From Candidatus Bathyarchaeia archaeon (GTDB lineage: Archaea; Thermoproteota; Bathyarchaeia; Bathyarchaeales; Bathycorpusculaceae), in contig JAVYWL010000001.1 of the NCBI GenBank assembly GCA_038727135.1, positions 416,001 to 480,000 of the forward strand: a stretch of DNA of 64,000 bases, written 5' to 3'. The position numbers were made by a program, and so were the translations under genes. Of the stretch, positions 1 through 9,474 are shown in pieces. The notes under the pieces were generated by a model. It had not been told where the DNA came from and ran no database searches. It was given only the letters and a program-made list of their open reading frames with translations. Position 1 is the first letter of the stretch; each line of letters opens with the position of its first letter.

Positions 1-710
1 ATATCCCTCGGGCCATAAACTCCGTCGTCAAAGCTTATGGGCGCTTCTTTAATTAAAACCGCCGGGATTGCTTCTGAAGTCTCTCCCATTAGGAGGTGCG
101 CGGCCGATGCTAAGTCATCTGCAACAGCATGCAATGTAATGGCTAATTTTTTCCCAAAAATGTCCTTTTTGCCTCTGCAATCCACGACTGGTTTGAAACC
201 GGCAGTGGCTAAGGCTAATCCTGTTGTGCCAAGCCTTAATGGTCTTAAGCCGCTATCAACGATTAAAACCGCAATCTTCTTTCCAGTTTTGTGCATTAAT
301 TCTTCCCTAATGTTTCCCGCCCATTTCTCCGGGTTTTTAGGCCATAAAACAACAGCGCCGTGAGGAGCGTTTTTATTATCTATCCCAGCATTCGGCGTCA
401 AGACCCCGTTTTTAAGCGTTAAGACAGCCTTTTCCACCCCACCGCAGATTTCCTCCGCCTCTTGCATAATCAGTTCGGCAAGTTCTGGTGATATAGCGAA
501 TTTGTTGGCCAGTTTTTCAGCTTTATCAGATGGTCTAACTTTTCCCAACTCCACTACACGGTTTTCTGCGTAGGCTATGACTTTTGATGCTAACGCCAAG
601 ACATCCTTGTCGTCAAATTTCAGCCCTTGCTTTTCCATTGCCTTTAAGACGATGTCAACTATGGTGCCTCCTCTTTTTATAACATCAGTCTTTATTGGAA
701 AAAGTTTCAA
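1..710 (-). CDS. cofE: Coenzyme F420-0:L-glutamate ligase (CofE family), 3' end runs off the window
   Basis: Manual translation from TTG at 710: MKLFPIKTDVIKRGG...LASKVIAYAENR...TPNAGIDNKN...LIVDSGLRPLRLGTTGLALATAG...VADDLASAAHLLMGE, all CofE-family motifs. Absent from the ORF track because it is open at the window edge. Confidence 0.85.
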   Translation of the reverse strand, partial: MKLFPIKTDVIKRGGTIVDIVLKAMEKQGLKFDDKDVLALASKVIAYAENRVVELGKVRPSDKAEKLANKFAISPELAELIMQEAEEICGGVEKAVLTLKNGVLTPNAGIDNKNAPHGAVVLWPKNPEKWAGNIREELMHKTGKKIAVLIVDSGLRPLRLGTTGLALATAGFKPVVDCRGKKDIFGKKLAITLHAVADDLASAAHLLMGETSEAIPAVLIKEAPISFDDGVYGPRD

Positions 711-714
711 AGGC

Positions 715-999
715 TCATCCTCCGTGAGAAACTGGAACTAAAACCACTTCATCCCCGTCCTTAAGGACTGTCTCTAAACCCTTCAAGACGCTGATTTCGC
801 GGCCATTCACAATTATTAGAGTGTTTGGTCTCGGGTCACCAAGCTCCGGGTCAATTAGGACCCTTTCCATTTTTGGGAACACTTCAGTGATTCGTTTTAA
901 GGCTTCCTTGAGTTGTGCACCTTCACTTAGCTCTAGCGTTACCTTGCCCTTGCTTGTTATGTTGCGGAAACTGCCAACAAATCTAATGTTAACCTTCAT
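715..999 (-). CDS. Ubiquitin-like sulfur carrier / SAMP (MoaD/ThiS family)
   Basis: 94 aa beta-grasp pattern, IIVNGREI...LKDGDEVVLVPVSHGG with a C-terminal di-glycine. Confidence 0.9.
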   Translation of the reverse strand: MKVNIRFVGSFRNITSKGKVTLELSEGAQLKEALKRITEVFPKMERVLIDPELGDPRPNTLIIVNGREISVLKGLETVLKDGDEVVLVPVSHGG

Positions 1000-1030
1000 C
1001 TTTCTCGGTCCTTCCCCCTTATGAAGACGC

Positions 1031-2407
1031 CTATAGTACTATTATGACTGAGATGTCGTTAACGTTTGTGCCCGTTGGACCTGTGAAGATTAGGTCGCCG
1101 AGCTGAGAAAAGAAGTTGTAAGAGTTATTGTCGGCTAGGAATTCCTCAGCCTTAAGCCCCGAGGCTTCTGCCTTTACTATTGTTTTTCCGTCGGCTATTG
1201 CTCCTGCAGCGTCTGTTGGTCCATCCACCCCATCAGTGCTTAATGAAGCTATAACGACGCCTTCAAAGCCTTTAATTTTCAGCGAGGCCGCCAATGCTAT
1301 TTCTTGGTTTCTTCCACCCTTGCCTTTTCCAGCAACTGTAACTGTTGTCTCACCGCCAGCCACTATGCCAGCAGGCTTTTTAACTGGGTTGCCGGATGCC
1401 AAAATTTCTCGAGCTAGCGAAGCCAGCATTGTTCCAACATGTCTTGCTTCACCTTCGAGAAGCGATGTTAACAGAAGCGTATTCAAACCTTCTGATTGTA
1501 GGGTTTCACATGCAGTCATGCTTGCGGCTCTGTTGTTTCCGATAACGACGTTGAAAACCTTTTTGAAGATTTCGTCACCAGTCTTCGGCGTTTCTGAGAT
1601 AAGCCCTTTCTCCCCATCCGTTAAGACTTTCCTTATTGATTTTGGGGCTTTATCCCACAAACCATATTTCTTTAAGACGTTTATGGCGTCGCTGAAAGTT
1701 GTGGAGTCGGGGACCGTCGGTCCAGAGGCAATGAAATCCAGCGGGTCGCCTAAAACATCCGATAGGATAAGGTTTAAGATTGTTGCTGGATAAGCCTTCT
1801 TAGCAAGCCATCCGCCCTTAAACTCTGAAATATGCTTCCTAACAGTGTTTATCTCGTTTATTGTGGCGCCACACTTAAGCAGTTCTTCTGTTATCTGCCT
1901 CTTATCAGCTATTGTTATTTCGCCTCTAGGCATGGGCATTAAGCTGGAGCCACCGCCCGAAATCAAGCATATAATTAAGTCTTCTTCTCCAGCTTTTTCG
2001 GCTATTTCTAGCATTTTTCTTGTTCCTTCAACTCCGGATTCGTCGGGGATGGGGTGACTTGCTTCGTGAAGTCTAATTATTCCTGTTTTATGCTTGTTCC
2101 CTTTTGGAACATTTACAAGTCCATCTGTGATTTTGTCACCTAAAACTTCCTCTAAGGCCTCAGCCATTGAGCCGCTTGCCTTCCCTCCACCTATCACATA
2201 TATGTTCTTGAACTTTCCAATGTTGAAAGCTCGCCCGTTAACGTGGAGAATTGAGCCTTCTAGCTTAAGTTTTGATTTAATTAATGATTTTGGGTCTACT
2301 GCTTTTATGGCGGCTTCAAGGCTTTTTAAGGCTAATTCTCTAGCCCTTTTATCGAGAAGTGTCTCGCCGTTCTGAATTAATTGCTCCATATTCTTAATAA
2401 TCGCCAT
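1031..2407 (-). CDS. gck: Glycerate 2-kinase (class II, MOFRL family)
   Basis: GGGKASGSMA, LISGGGSSL, SDVLGDPLDFIASGPT, GGETTV, GGRNQE, TDGVDG, TGTNVND motifs. Confidence 0.92.
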   Translation of the reverse strand: MAIIKNMEQLIQNGETLLDKRARELALKSLEAAIKAVDPKSLIKSKLKLEGSILHVNGRAFNIGKFKNIYVIGGGKASGSMAEALEEVLGDKITDGLVNVPKGNKHKTGIIRLHEASHPIPDESGVEGTRKMLEIAEKAGEEDLIICLISGGGSSLMPMPRGEITIADKRQITEELLKCGATINEINTVRKHISEFKGGWLAKKAYPATILNLILSDVLGDPLDFIASGPTVPDSTTFSDAINVLKKYGLWDKAPKSIRKVLTDGEKGLISETPKTGDEIFKKVFNVVIGNNRAASMTACETLQSEGLNTLLLTSLLEGEARHVGTMLASLAREILASGNPVKKPAGIVAGGETTVTVAGKGKGGRNQEIALAASLKIKGFEGVVIASLSTDGVDGPTDAAGAIADGKTIVKAEASGLKAEEFLADNNSYNFFSQLGDLIFTGPTGTNVNDISVIIVL

Positions 2408-2499
2408 TCGGAGTACCCTTGTAACTTTTAAGGACGGGGAATCGTAAATGTAATAAGTTAAGCGTTAATAAAGTGTTTTGCACCGCGCAGGTGAACATT

Positions 2500-3507
2500 A
2501 TGGCAAAGCCTAAGGTTTACGTAACCCGTGAGCTTCCAGAAAGAGGAATGAAAATAATAAAGGAACGTTTTGACGCTGAAGTTTGGCCGGAGTATGGTCC
2601 GCCGCCGAAGGCGGAAATAATAAGGAAGGCGCGGGATGTTGACGCCTTAGTCACGCTTTTGTCGGATAAGATTGATGCTGAAGTTTTTGATGCTGCGCCG
2701 AAATTGAAAATTGTCGCTCAGATGGCTGTTGGCTTTGATAACATAGATGTTGCTGAAGCCACAAAGAGGGGCATATATGTGACGAACACCCCTGGCGTTT
2801 TAACAGAAACTACAGCGGATTTTGCTTGGGCTTTGTTGATGGCTGTTGCGAGGCGGGTTGTTGAGGCAGACAAATATGTTCGCACAGGACAATGGAAGGT
2901 TAGCTGGCACCCAAGCATGCTTCTAGGCAGAGATGTTTACGGCGCAACACTTGGCATTGTAGGTGCTGGCAGAATAGGAACGGCAGTCGCGAGGAGGGCA
3001 AAAGGCTTCAACATGAGGATTCTCTATTATGATGTTGTGCCTATGCCGCCAGAAGTAGAGAAGGAGTTGGGCGCGAAACGTGTGGATTTGGACACGCTTC
3101 TAAGGGAATCCGACTTTGTCAGCATTCACGTGCCTTTAATGAAGGAGACATATCATCTAATCAACGAAGAGAAGCTTAGGCTGATGAAGAAGACAGCCTA
3201 CCTAATCAACAACTCCAGAGGACCGGTGGTGGATGAAAAAGCCCTTTACAAAGCGTTGAAGGAAGGATGGATTGCTGGCGCAGCCTTAGACGTTTTTGAG
3301 CAGGAGCCCACGCCGGTGGATAATCCCTTGCTTAGGCTTGACAATGTCGTTGTGGCGCCCCACATTTCGAGTGCCAGCTATGAAACCCGCTCAAGGATGG
3401 CTGAGATGGTTGCGGAAAATTTGGTTGCCTTCTTTGAGGGAAAAACTCCGCCGAACCTCGTTAATCCAGACGTTGTTAAGGTACGCCCGTTATCCAAGCT
3501 CTTTTAA
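2500..3507 (+). CDS. gyaR: Glyoxylate/hydroxypyruvate reductase (D-2-hydroxyacid dehydrogenase)
   Basis: [52 protein letters not shown]; ATG at 2500 follows an SD-like GGTGA. Confidence 0.9.
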   Translation: MAKPKVYVTRELPERGMKIIKERFDAEVWPEYGPPPKAEIIRKARDVDALVTLLSDKIDAEVFDAAPKLKIVAQMAVGFDNIDVAEATKRGIYVTNTPGVLTETTADFAWALLMAVARRVVEADKYVRTGQWKVSWHPSMLLGRDVYGATLGIVGAGRIGTAVARRAKGFNMRILYYDVVPMPPEVEKELGAKRVDLDTLLRESDFVSIHVPLMKETYHLINEEKLRLMKKTAYLINNSRGPVVDEKALYKALKEGWIAGAALDVFEQEPTPVDNPLLRLDNVVVAPHISSASYETRSRMAEMVAENLVAFFEGKTPPNLVNPDVVKVRPLSKLF

Positions 3508-3596
3508 ACAATCATTTCACCTTTTTCAACTATAATGGTTAAATATTCCATCCATGTAACTTTAACTTTCAATCCGCCCTTTCAAGACATTGGTGG

Positions 3597-4781
3597 TTGT
3601 TGATGGTTTCCATATTCGCGAAAAGAATGGCGTCCCTCGGAACCGAAACGGCTTTTGAAGTGCTTGCCCGTGCAAAAGCCCTTGAAAGGCAAGGCAAAGA
3701 GATAATCCACTTGGAAATAGGCGAACCGGACTTTGACACGCCTCAAAACATTAAAGAAGCCGCCGTAAAGGCTCTTTATGCTGGCTACACCCACTATGTG
3801 CCAGCGGCTGGCATCCCGGAATTGCGGGAAGCCATAGCCGAGTACATTTCAAAAACTAGGAAAATTCCCGTTGATCCGGAAGAGGTTGTTGTCACACCCG
3901 GAGCTAAGCCAATAATGTTTTTCGCCATACTGGCATGTGTTGAGCGCGGCGATGAGGTCTTATATCCAAATCCAGGTTTTCCAATATACGAGTCCATGAT
4001 AAATTTTGTTGGAGCCAAACCAGTACCCATCCCGCTAAAAGAGGAGAACGACTTCCGACTGGACCACGAGTATGTTAAGGCCAAGATAACCAAAAAGACT
4101 AAAATGATTATTTTGAACTCACCTGAAAACCCAACCGGCGGCGTTTTAACAAAGGAAGATTTGAAGGTTATAGCCGACTGCATATCCAAAAGGGACGACG
4201 TCATAGTGCTTTCAGACGAGATTTACAGCAGAATAATCTATGAGGGAACCCATGAAAGCATCGCCTCGCTTCCGGGAATGAAGGAAAAAACCATAATATT
4301 GGATGGATTTTCGAAAACCTATGCCATGACAGGCTGGAGGCTCGGCTACGGGGTTATGCGAAAAGACCTAGCTGAAAAAATCACGCAGCTGATGATTAAT
4401 TCGAACTCTTGCACGTGCGCTTTTGTCCAAATGGCTGGAGTTGAAGCCCTTAAAGGTCCGCAAGACTCCGTTGACAAAATGGTCGCAGAATTCAAGAAGA
4501 GAAGAGAAATCATCGTTTCCGGCTTGAACAACATTAAGGGCATAACATGCAAAAAGCCTAAGGGGGCCTTCTACGTCTTCCCAAACATAAAGGAGGTTGG
4601 AAAGACAGCCAAAGAATTTTCAGATTATTTGCTCAACGAGGCTGGTGTGGCTGTTCTGCCAGGCACTTCCTTCGGGAAATATGGTGAGGGATATCTACGT
4701 ATATCCTTTGCAAACTCCATTGAGAACATCAAGAAGGCTTTAGACCGCATAAGCAAGGCTATTGAAAAACTGAAAAGTTAA
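3597..4781 (+). CDS. Class I PLP-dependent aminotransferase (aspartate/aromatic type)
   Basis: IGEPDFDTP, NSPENPTG, SDEIY, DGFSKTYAMTGWRLG (PLP lysine), YLRISFA. Confidence 0.92.
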   Translation: MLMVSIFAKRMASLGTETAFEVLARAKALERQGKEIIHLEIGEPDFDTPQNIKEAAVKALYAGYTHYVPAAGIPELREAIAEYISKTRKIPVDPEEVVVTPGAKPIMFFAILACVERGDEVLYPNPGFPIYESMINFVGAKPVPIPLKEENDFRLDHEYVKAKITKKTKMIILNSPENPTGGVLTKEDLKVIADCISKRDDVIVLSDEIYSRIIYEGTHESIASLPGMKEKTIILDGFSKTYAMTGWRLGYGVMRKDLAEKITQLMINSNSCTCAFVQMAGVEALKGPQDSVDKMVAEFKKRREIIVSGLNNIKGITCKKPKGAFYVFPNIKEVGKTAKEFSDYLLNEAGVAVLPGTSFGKYGEGYLRISFANSIENIKKALDRISKAIEKLKS

Positions 4782-4790
4782 GTTTAACCT

Positions 4791-5165
4791 TTAATCCTCC
4801 ACTTTTTCTCCTATCATTGTTTCAACGATTTCCGAGGCTAGCTGTATTAGGTTGTCAGCCTGCTTTACGACTTTTTCCTCATTCACCTCTTCTAGCTGTG
4901 CCATCTGCTGCATCATCCCCTCAATTTCCACTAAACATCTCAGAACTGGATCGTTTCCAAACTGCATTTTTTCAAAGGCCTCTTTGACGACGCTTTCTAT
5001 AAAGGCGGGCTCTCCTAGGCTGTAGTATATGGCGTTTCTAGCCTTTCTTATAGCTTCTAGAATTAGGCTTGGAGCCATGTAGGGCATTTTCCTTGCAGCT
5101 TCAAGCTCTGCTTTTGCCTCACGTAAGTATCTTAAAGCCCATCCGCGTCTATACTGGTCTATCAT
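4791..5165 (-). CDS. Hypothetical all-helical protein, weakly HEPN-like
   Basis: 124 aa ORF downstream of rps17e; N-terminus WALRYLREAKAELEAA resembles HEPN helix 1. Confidence 0.6.
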   Translation of the reverse strand: MIDQYRRGWALRYLREAKAELEAARKMPYMAPSLILEAIRKARNAIYYSLGEPAFIESVVKEAFEKMQFGNDPVLRCLVEIEGMMQQMAQLEEVNEEKVVKQADNLIQLASEIVETMIGEKVED

Positions 5166-5215
5166 AGCCTACAGCCTCGCCCCGCCTTTTTAAAATGGAA
5201 GGCGGTCTAATAAAG

Positions 5216-5440
5216 TTACTCGCCCTCTTCTTGGCTTTCGTTTGATGTTGGTGTTTCCATTCCGGAATAAATGTGGGTTATGTATCCAGCAATCTGGTTT
5301 CGCACACGAGTTGTTGTTCCCTGCAAAAGCACGGTTACAACACGCTTGTTCTCTTCAAAGTTGCTGGAAAACTTGTTGGGAAAACGCCTAACAAGTTCTT
5401 TGGCTATGCGTTTAATATGTTCTGTGCGAACTTTTCCCAA
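5216..5440 (-). CDS. rps17e: 30S ribosomal protein S17e
   Basis: MGKVRTEHIKRIAKEL...FEENK...RVRNQIAGYIT. Confidence 0.96.
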   Translation of the reverse strand: MGKVRTEHIKRIAKELVRRFPNKFSSNFEENKRVVTVLLQGTTTRVRNQIAGYITHIYSGMETPTSNESQEEGE

Positions 5441-5540
5441 GCTTCATTGTCCCCCAAGCACCCTCTCTATGCCGTTCCACATTGCACATGTTTAAAGTGT
5501 ACACTCATAACAAAAAGGCTAAATTTAAATTTACGCGTCG

Positions 5541-6338
5541 CTATTTCTTCGAATTTATCTTCACCCCGAAAAATTCCTCAAAATTCCTCGCTATTTGATC
5601 TGCGGTTTCCTCAACACTTATCCCTTTAACTTCAGCTATTGCACCCACAACTGTTGGAATAAAAGCTGGAGTTGTCATTTTCCCATTAAAGGGGCTTTTA
5701 AAGTAGCGCACTGGTCCATCAGTTTCTGTTAGCAGATTTGTTAATGGGACTTTCTTGACAATCTCGCGTATACCGTTTGAATAGGCTATTGGCGGTCCCT
5801 CACTGATGTAATATCCCCTTTCAATGGCTTTTGGCAATACGCTTATTGGATTGCTGAACCAGTGTAAAAGAACCCTTCTCAAATTGTAGGATGGGAGCAT
5901 ATCAACAATTTGCGCGGTGGTTCCACGAGAATGAACTATCACTGGCAAGCTTAGTTTTTCGGCTAGACGCAGCATTTCATCAAAAACCTTCAGCTGTTTT
6001 TCCCAGATTTTCTCATACTTGTAGTCTAAGCCCACCTCGCCTATGGCTATTAGAGCTTTATTTTGCCTCTGTTTTATTATAAGCTCTGTTGTTTGTTGTA
6101 GCTCTTCCTCAGTTAACGTGTTTACATTCCATGGGTGAATCCCCAAAGCAGCATAAACCATCCCGTTATAGCGTTCGGCAAGCTCGAGGCTTTTTATGCT
6201 TGTCTCTAGGTTCATGGAGTTAGAAACTAAAGCCACCACATTGGAGTTTTTGGCGTCTAGAATGATTTCTTCAATTTTTTCAGCGTATTCATCGTCTGAT
6301 AGGTGGATGTGGGCGTCGATAAACTTTAGGGAGTTCAT
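5541..6338 (-). CDS. tatD: TatD family deoxyribonuclease
   Basis: DAHIHL, GIHPW, IGEVGLDY, VHSR, LHWF, LTETDGP. Confidence 0.93.
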   Translation of the reverse strand: MNSLKFIDAHIHLSDDEYAEKIEEIILDAKNSNVVALVSNSMNLETSIKSLELAERYNGMVYAALGIHPWNVNTLTEEELQQTTELIIKQRQNKALIAIGEVGLDYKYEKIWEKQLKVFDEMLRLAEKLSLPVIVHSRGTTAQIVDMLPSYNLRRVLLHWFSNPISVLPKAIERGYYISEGPPIAYSNGIREIVKKVPLTNLLTETDGPVRYFKSPFNGKMTTPAFIPTVVGAIAEVKGISVEETADQIARNFEEFFGVKINSKK

Positions 6339-6500
6339 AGCTTATGCCACTTTGAGCATAAAACTACAAGCCTAGGCATTTTTATAATTTCCTCTCTTAA
6401 ATAAAAGAAGGCTAGTTTTTGATGCCAAAATTTGGAAGATAGGTTGCAATAAACGTTAAATATTGCTTTAAATAGAGAAAGAGGCTACGGAGGAGTCTTT

Positions 6501-6722
6501 ATGGCAGATTTAGAGTTGGCAATCGCCCCCATGCATAGGTTATGTAAGAAGGCTGGGGCTGACCGGGTAAGCGAGGCAGCCGCAAGAGAACTAGCAAAAG
6601 CCCTAGAGGAAATAGGAATAAAGATAGCTAAGGAAGCACTAGACTTTGCAATGCACACTGGAAGAAAGACTATAAAGGCTGAAGACATCGAGATTGCCGC
6701 CAGAAAAGTTATGGGCAGATAA
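6501..6722 (+). CDS. Archaeal histone (HMf family)
   Basis: ELAIAPMHRLCKKAGADRVS...AMHTGRKTIKAEDIE histone-fold signature, no tail. Confidence 0.95.
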   Translation: MADLELAIAPMHRLCKKAGADRVSEAAARELAKALEEIGIKIAKEALDFAMHTGRKTIKAEDIEIAARKVMGR

Positions 6723-6833
6723 CACTGCTTCTCCCTTCTTTCTTTTTAAATATGCCGCTAGAGCTAGCAATGTATATAAGAAGCGAGTCTGGAATCTATC
6801 CATAGCCAAAACGGTTAAGGGAGATGCCGATTA

Positions 6834-7163
6834 ATGGGTGGGAAAAAGAAGCTCAGCCTAAAACAGATGGAACGCATGCAGATGCGGAAGGCTGAAGAGG
6901 AGAAAAAGAAGAAGGAAAAGGAGAAAGAAAAAGCAGCGGCTAAGGAAAAGAAGCTGGCTGGGATATTTGTTCCGAACGTGAAAGGCGAGAAGATTCTTGA
7001 CGAATTGAAAAAGATGAGGGTTTTAACGCCTTACACTGTGGCAACCCGCTTTAACATAAGGATAAGCGCGGCGAAAGACTTTCTTGAGCAGCTTGAGGAA
7101 GATGGTTTGGTTCAGCTGGTTTCTGGAAACCATGACATCAAAATTTACAAGGCTATAGACTAA
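6834..7163 (+). CDS. rps25e: 30S ribosomal protein S25e
   Basis: MGGKKK N-terminus and VLTPYTVATRFNIRISAAKDFLEQL winged helix. Confidence 0.88.
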   Translation: MGGKKKLSLKQMERMQMRKAEEEKKKKEKEKEKAAAKEKKLAGIFVPNVKGEKILDELKKMRVLTPYTVATRFNIRISAAKDFLEQLEEDGLVQLVSGNHDIKIYKAID

Positions 7164-7212
7164 ACCATTTTGCGTGACGCCATTTACATAAATTTTTGCG
7201 GTTGGAATCTGT

Positions 7213-7689
7213 TTGGCTTATCCGAAAAGAGTGTACACCACCGACGAGGTCAAGGAAGCAGAAAAACTTGTTAAGAAAGGCTATAAGCACCGCCTAGCAG
7301 TCAAGGGAAGCCCGAATTTTAAACATAAGGTTAGAGCCGCATTGAAGCTTGTTAAGACTGCTGGTTACTACGATTTTTTGAGGTCATACATTAAAGGCAT
7401 AATTGAAATTGACGGCTTTACACAGCTTCGGGAGTCTGAAGCCTCCATTTGGGCGAACAAGTATGCGGTGGCAAATCCCGTTGACGCCGCTAGTCTTTTC
7501 GTGCAAAAAGCACATCACATGAAGGAGTATCTTGAAGGAAAAATGTATTACGGTGGGGAAGCAGAAAGACGCTCGGTGGAGAAACGCATAGAATTCCTTG
7601 AAACATTGAAAAAGAAAACCCGCAAAAAAGACGTCAAAGAAGAGTGCGAAAAACTTTTAAAAAGTTGGAGCGAAAGCGTATACTTATAA
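7213..7689 (+). CDS. Hypothetical protein
   Basis: 158 aa basic ORF following rps25e; no family recognised. Confidence 0.7.
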   Translation: MAYPKRVYTTDEVKEAEKLVKKGYKHRLAVKGSPNFKHKVRAALKLVKTAGYYDFLRSYIKGIIEIDGFTQLRESEASIWANKYAVANPVDAASLFVQKAHHMKEYLEGKMYYGGEAERRSVEKRIEFLETLKKKTRKKDVKEECEKLLKSWSESVYL

Positions 7690-8085
7690 CTTTTCAACCT
7701 TAATAGTTGCTCCACTTTTTATCTTGCTGAAAAGTTCAAGATTTTTAGTAACTTTGCCTAAAACGTTAACTGGACTATAAGGCTGGGACTCGCCGAAAAA
7801 AATGCATAATGCGCTTCCCATAGGCCAGAAGGCTATTGTGCCTTTTTCAACAGTGCTTTTTGCTTTTTCTTCACCCATTTTCACAGGGATTTCGAAGTAG
7901 ACTTCCTCTTTCCATAGGGCTGTTCTCCCCTCTATTGGTAGTTTTCGAACTATCATGTCCACTGTTCTTGGGGCTAGGTGGCGGACAAGCTCGCCTTCGG
8001 CTTCACCTAACCCCTCAACAATGAATTTTATTTTTACTCTTGAGATTTCGCCCTCTTCATTTCCCATGCGTATGCACTTTCCCAA
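7684..8085 (-). CDS. Cyclophilin-like fold protein (TM1367/DUF369 type)
   Basis: LAPRTV...LPIEG...WKEEVYF...GTIAFWPMGSALCIFFG...SPVNVLGKV. Confidence 0.85.
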   Translation of the reverse strand: MGKCIRMGNEEGEISRVKIKFIVEGLGEAEGELVRHLAPRTVDMIVRKLPIEGRTALWKEEVYFEIPVKMGEEKAKSTVEKGTIAFWPMGSALCIFFGESQPYSPVNVLGKVTKNLELFSKIKSGATIKVEKL

Positions 8086-9394
8086 GAAAGTCTTCTAAAA
8101 TTTGCTCCAAGGACAATGGTCCCAAAACCTTGAGCTCGTACCTCACCCTTACCGTTGGCTTGTTGATTTCCATAACTCTTCTTAGGTCTACTGGTGTTCC
8201 GATGACCACAACGTCGCATGGTGTACGCATAATCGTTTCATTGAGCTCCTCAATCTGCTTTTCTCCATAGCCTAGGGCTGGCAGAACCGCTCCTAGGTGA
8301 GGGTACTTTTCATAAGCCTCCTTTATTGAGCCTACTGCGTATGGCCTTGGGTCGGCTAATTCGCTGGCTCCAAGCTGCTTAGCCAATATCGTCGCTGCAC
8401 CAAATGGCATGTCACCATGAGTTAATGTTGGACCGTCCTCAATCACAAGCACCCGCTTACCCTTAATCAGCTCCGGCTTGTCAGCGATTATTGGCGAAGA
8501 AGCCTCAAGTATAATTGCGTCTGGATTAACCCTCCTTATGTTCTCCTTAACGAGACTGACATTCTTGGGATCTGCGGTGTCAACTTTATTTATTATCACC
8601 ACATTTGCCATTCTGAGGTTGGCTTCTCCGGGATGATATGCAACCTCGTGTCCTGCCCTATGGGGGTCTGCCACAACTATGTGGAGGTCTGGCTTGTAGA
8701 AGGGTATGTCATTGTTTCCCCCGTCCCAAACAATAATGTCTGCTTCTTTTTCGGCTTCCCTTAAAATCCTCTCGTAGTCAACCCCGGCGTATACAACTAC
8801 TCCATTGTCTATGTGAGGTTCATATTCTTCTCTCTCCTCGATGGTGCACTCGTGTCTGTCGAGATCTTCGTAGGAGGCGAAGCGTTGGCACACCTGTTTG
8901 CGCAAGTCGCCATATGGCATTGGATGCCTAACAACCACAACGTTTAAGCCTTTGCCTTTCAGGATTTTGGCTACTTGCCGTGATGTTTGGCTTTTTCCAG
9001 AACCAGTTCTTACAGCGCCAACGGAGATTACAGGAACCTTAGCCTTAAGCATCGTCGTCTTTGGTCCCATAAGCCTAAAGTCTGCGCCGTTTGCCAGCGC
9101 TATTGACGCCTTATGCATAACGTACTCGTGGGAGACGTCGCTGTAGGCGAAAACAACCTGATCGACGTCAAAATCCCTTATTAGCCTTGCAAGCTCTTCT
9201 TCTGGATAAATCGGTATACCATTCGGATAATTTCTGCCAGCCAGTTCCGGCGGATATATTCTTCCCTCTATGCCTGGAATCTGTGTGGCAGTGAAAGCCA
9301 CAACATCGTAGGCATCGTTGTCTCTAAAATAGACGTTAAAATTGTGAAAGTCCCTGCCAGCTGCGCCCATTATAATAACCTTTGTTTTTGCCAT
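8057..9394 (-). CDS. P-loop protein of the cDPG synthetase-like / arginine synthetase (ArcE) family
   Basis: GAAGRDFHNFN, AFTATQIP, RTGSGKSQTSR, RHPMPYGDL, EEREEYEPH, WDGGNND, EDGPTLTHG. Confidence 0.85.
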   Translation of the reverse strand: MAKTKVIIMGAAGRDFHNFNVYFRDNDAYDVVAFTATQIPGIEGRIYPPELAGRNYPNGIPIYPEEELARLIRDFDVDQVVFAYSDVSHEYVMHKASIALANGADFRLMGPKTTMLKAKVPVISVGAVRTGSGKSQTSRQVAKILKGKGLNVVVVRHPMPYGDLRKQVCQRFASYEDLDRHECTIEEREEYEPHIDNGVVVYAGVDYERILREAEKEADIIVWDGGNNDIPFYKPDLHIVVADPHRAGHEVAYHPGEANLRMANVVIINKVDTADPKNVSLVKENIRRVNPDAIILEASSPIIADKPELIKGKRVLVIEDGPTLTHGDMPFGAATILAKQLGASELADPRPYAVGSIKEAYEKYPHLGAVLPALGYGEKQIEELNETIMRTPCDVVVIGTPVDLRRVMEINKPTVRVRYELKVLGPLSLEQILEDFLGKVHTHGK

Positions 9395-9474
9395 AAAGCG
9401 GGTGCCCCCGCAAAACCACCAAATTCGGTGAAGGCACTATACTAGACTGGTGTAAATATAAAAACCTAGCTGTT

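Noticed and set aside
37-363. 108-aa plus-strand ORF
   Set aside because: Antisense shadow of the edge-truncated cofE gene
1128-2375. Long plus-strand ORFs opposite gck, and similar shadows throughout the window
   Set aside because: Ser/Pro/Phe-rich antisense translations of well-supported genes
4300-4309. TTGGATGGAT half-site matching the 36431 palindrome
   Set aside because: Single half-site inside the aminotransferase coding sequence (LDGF codons); most likely chance
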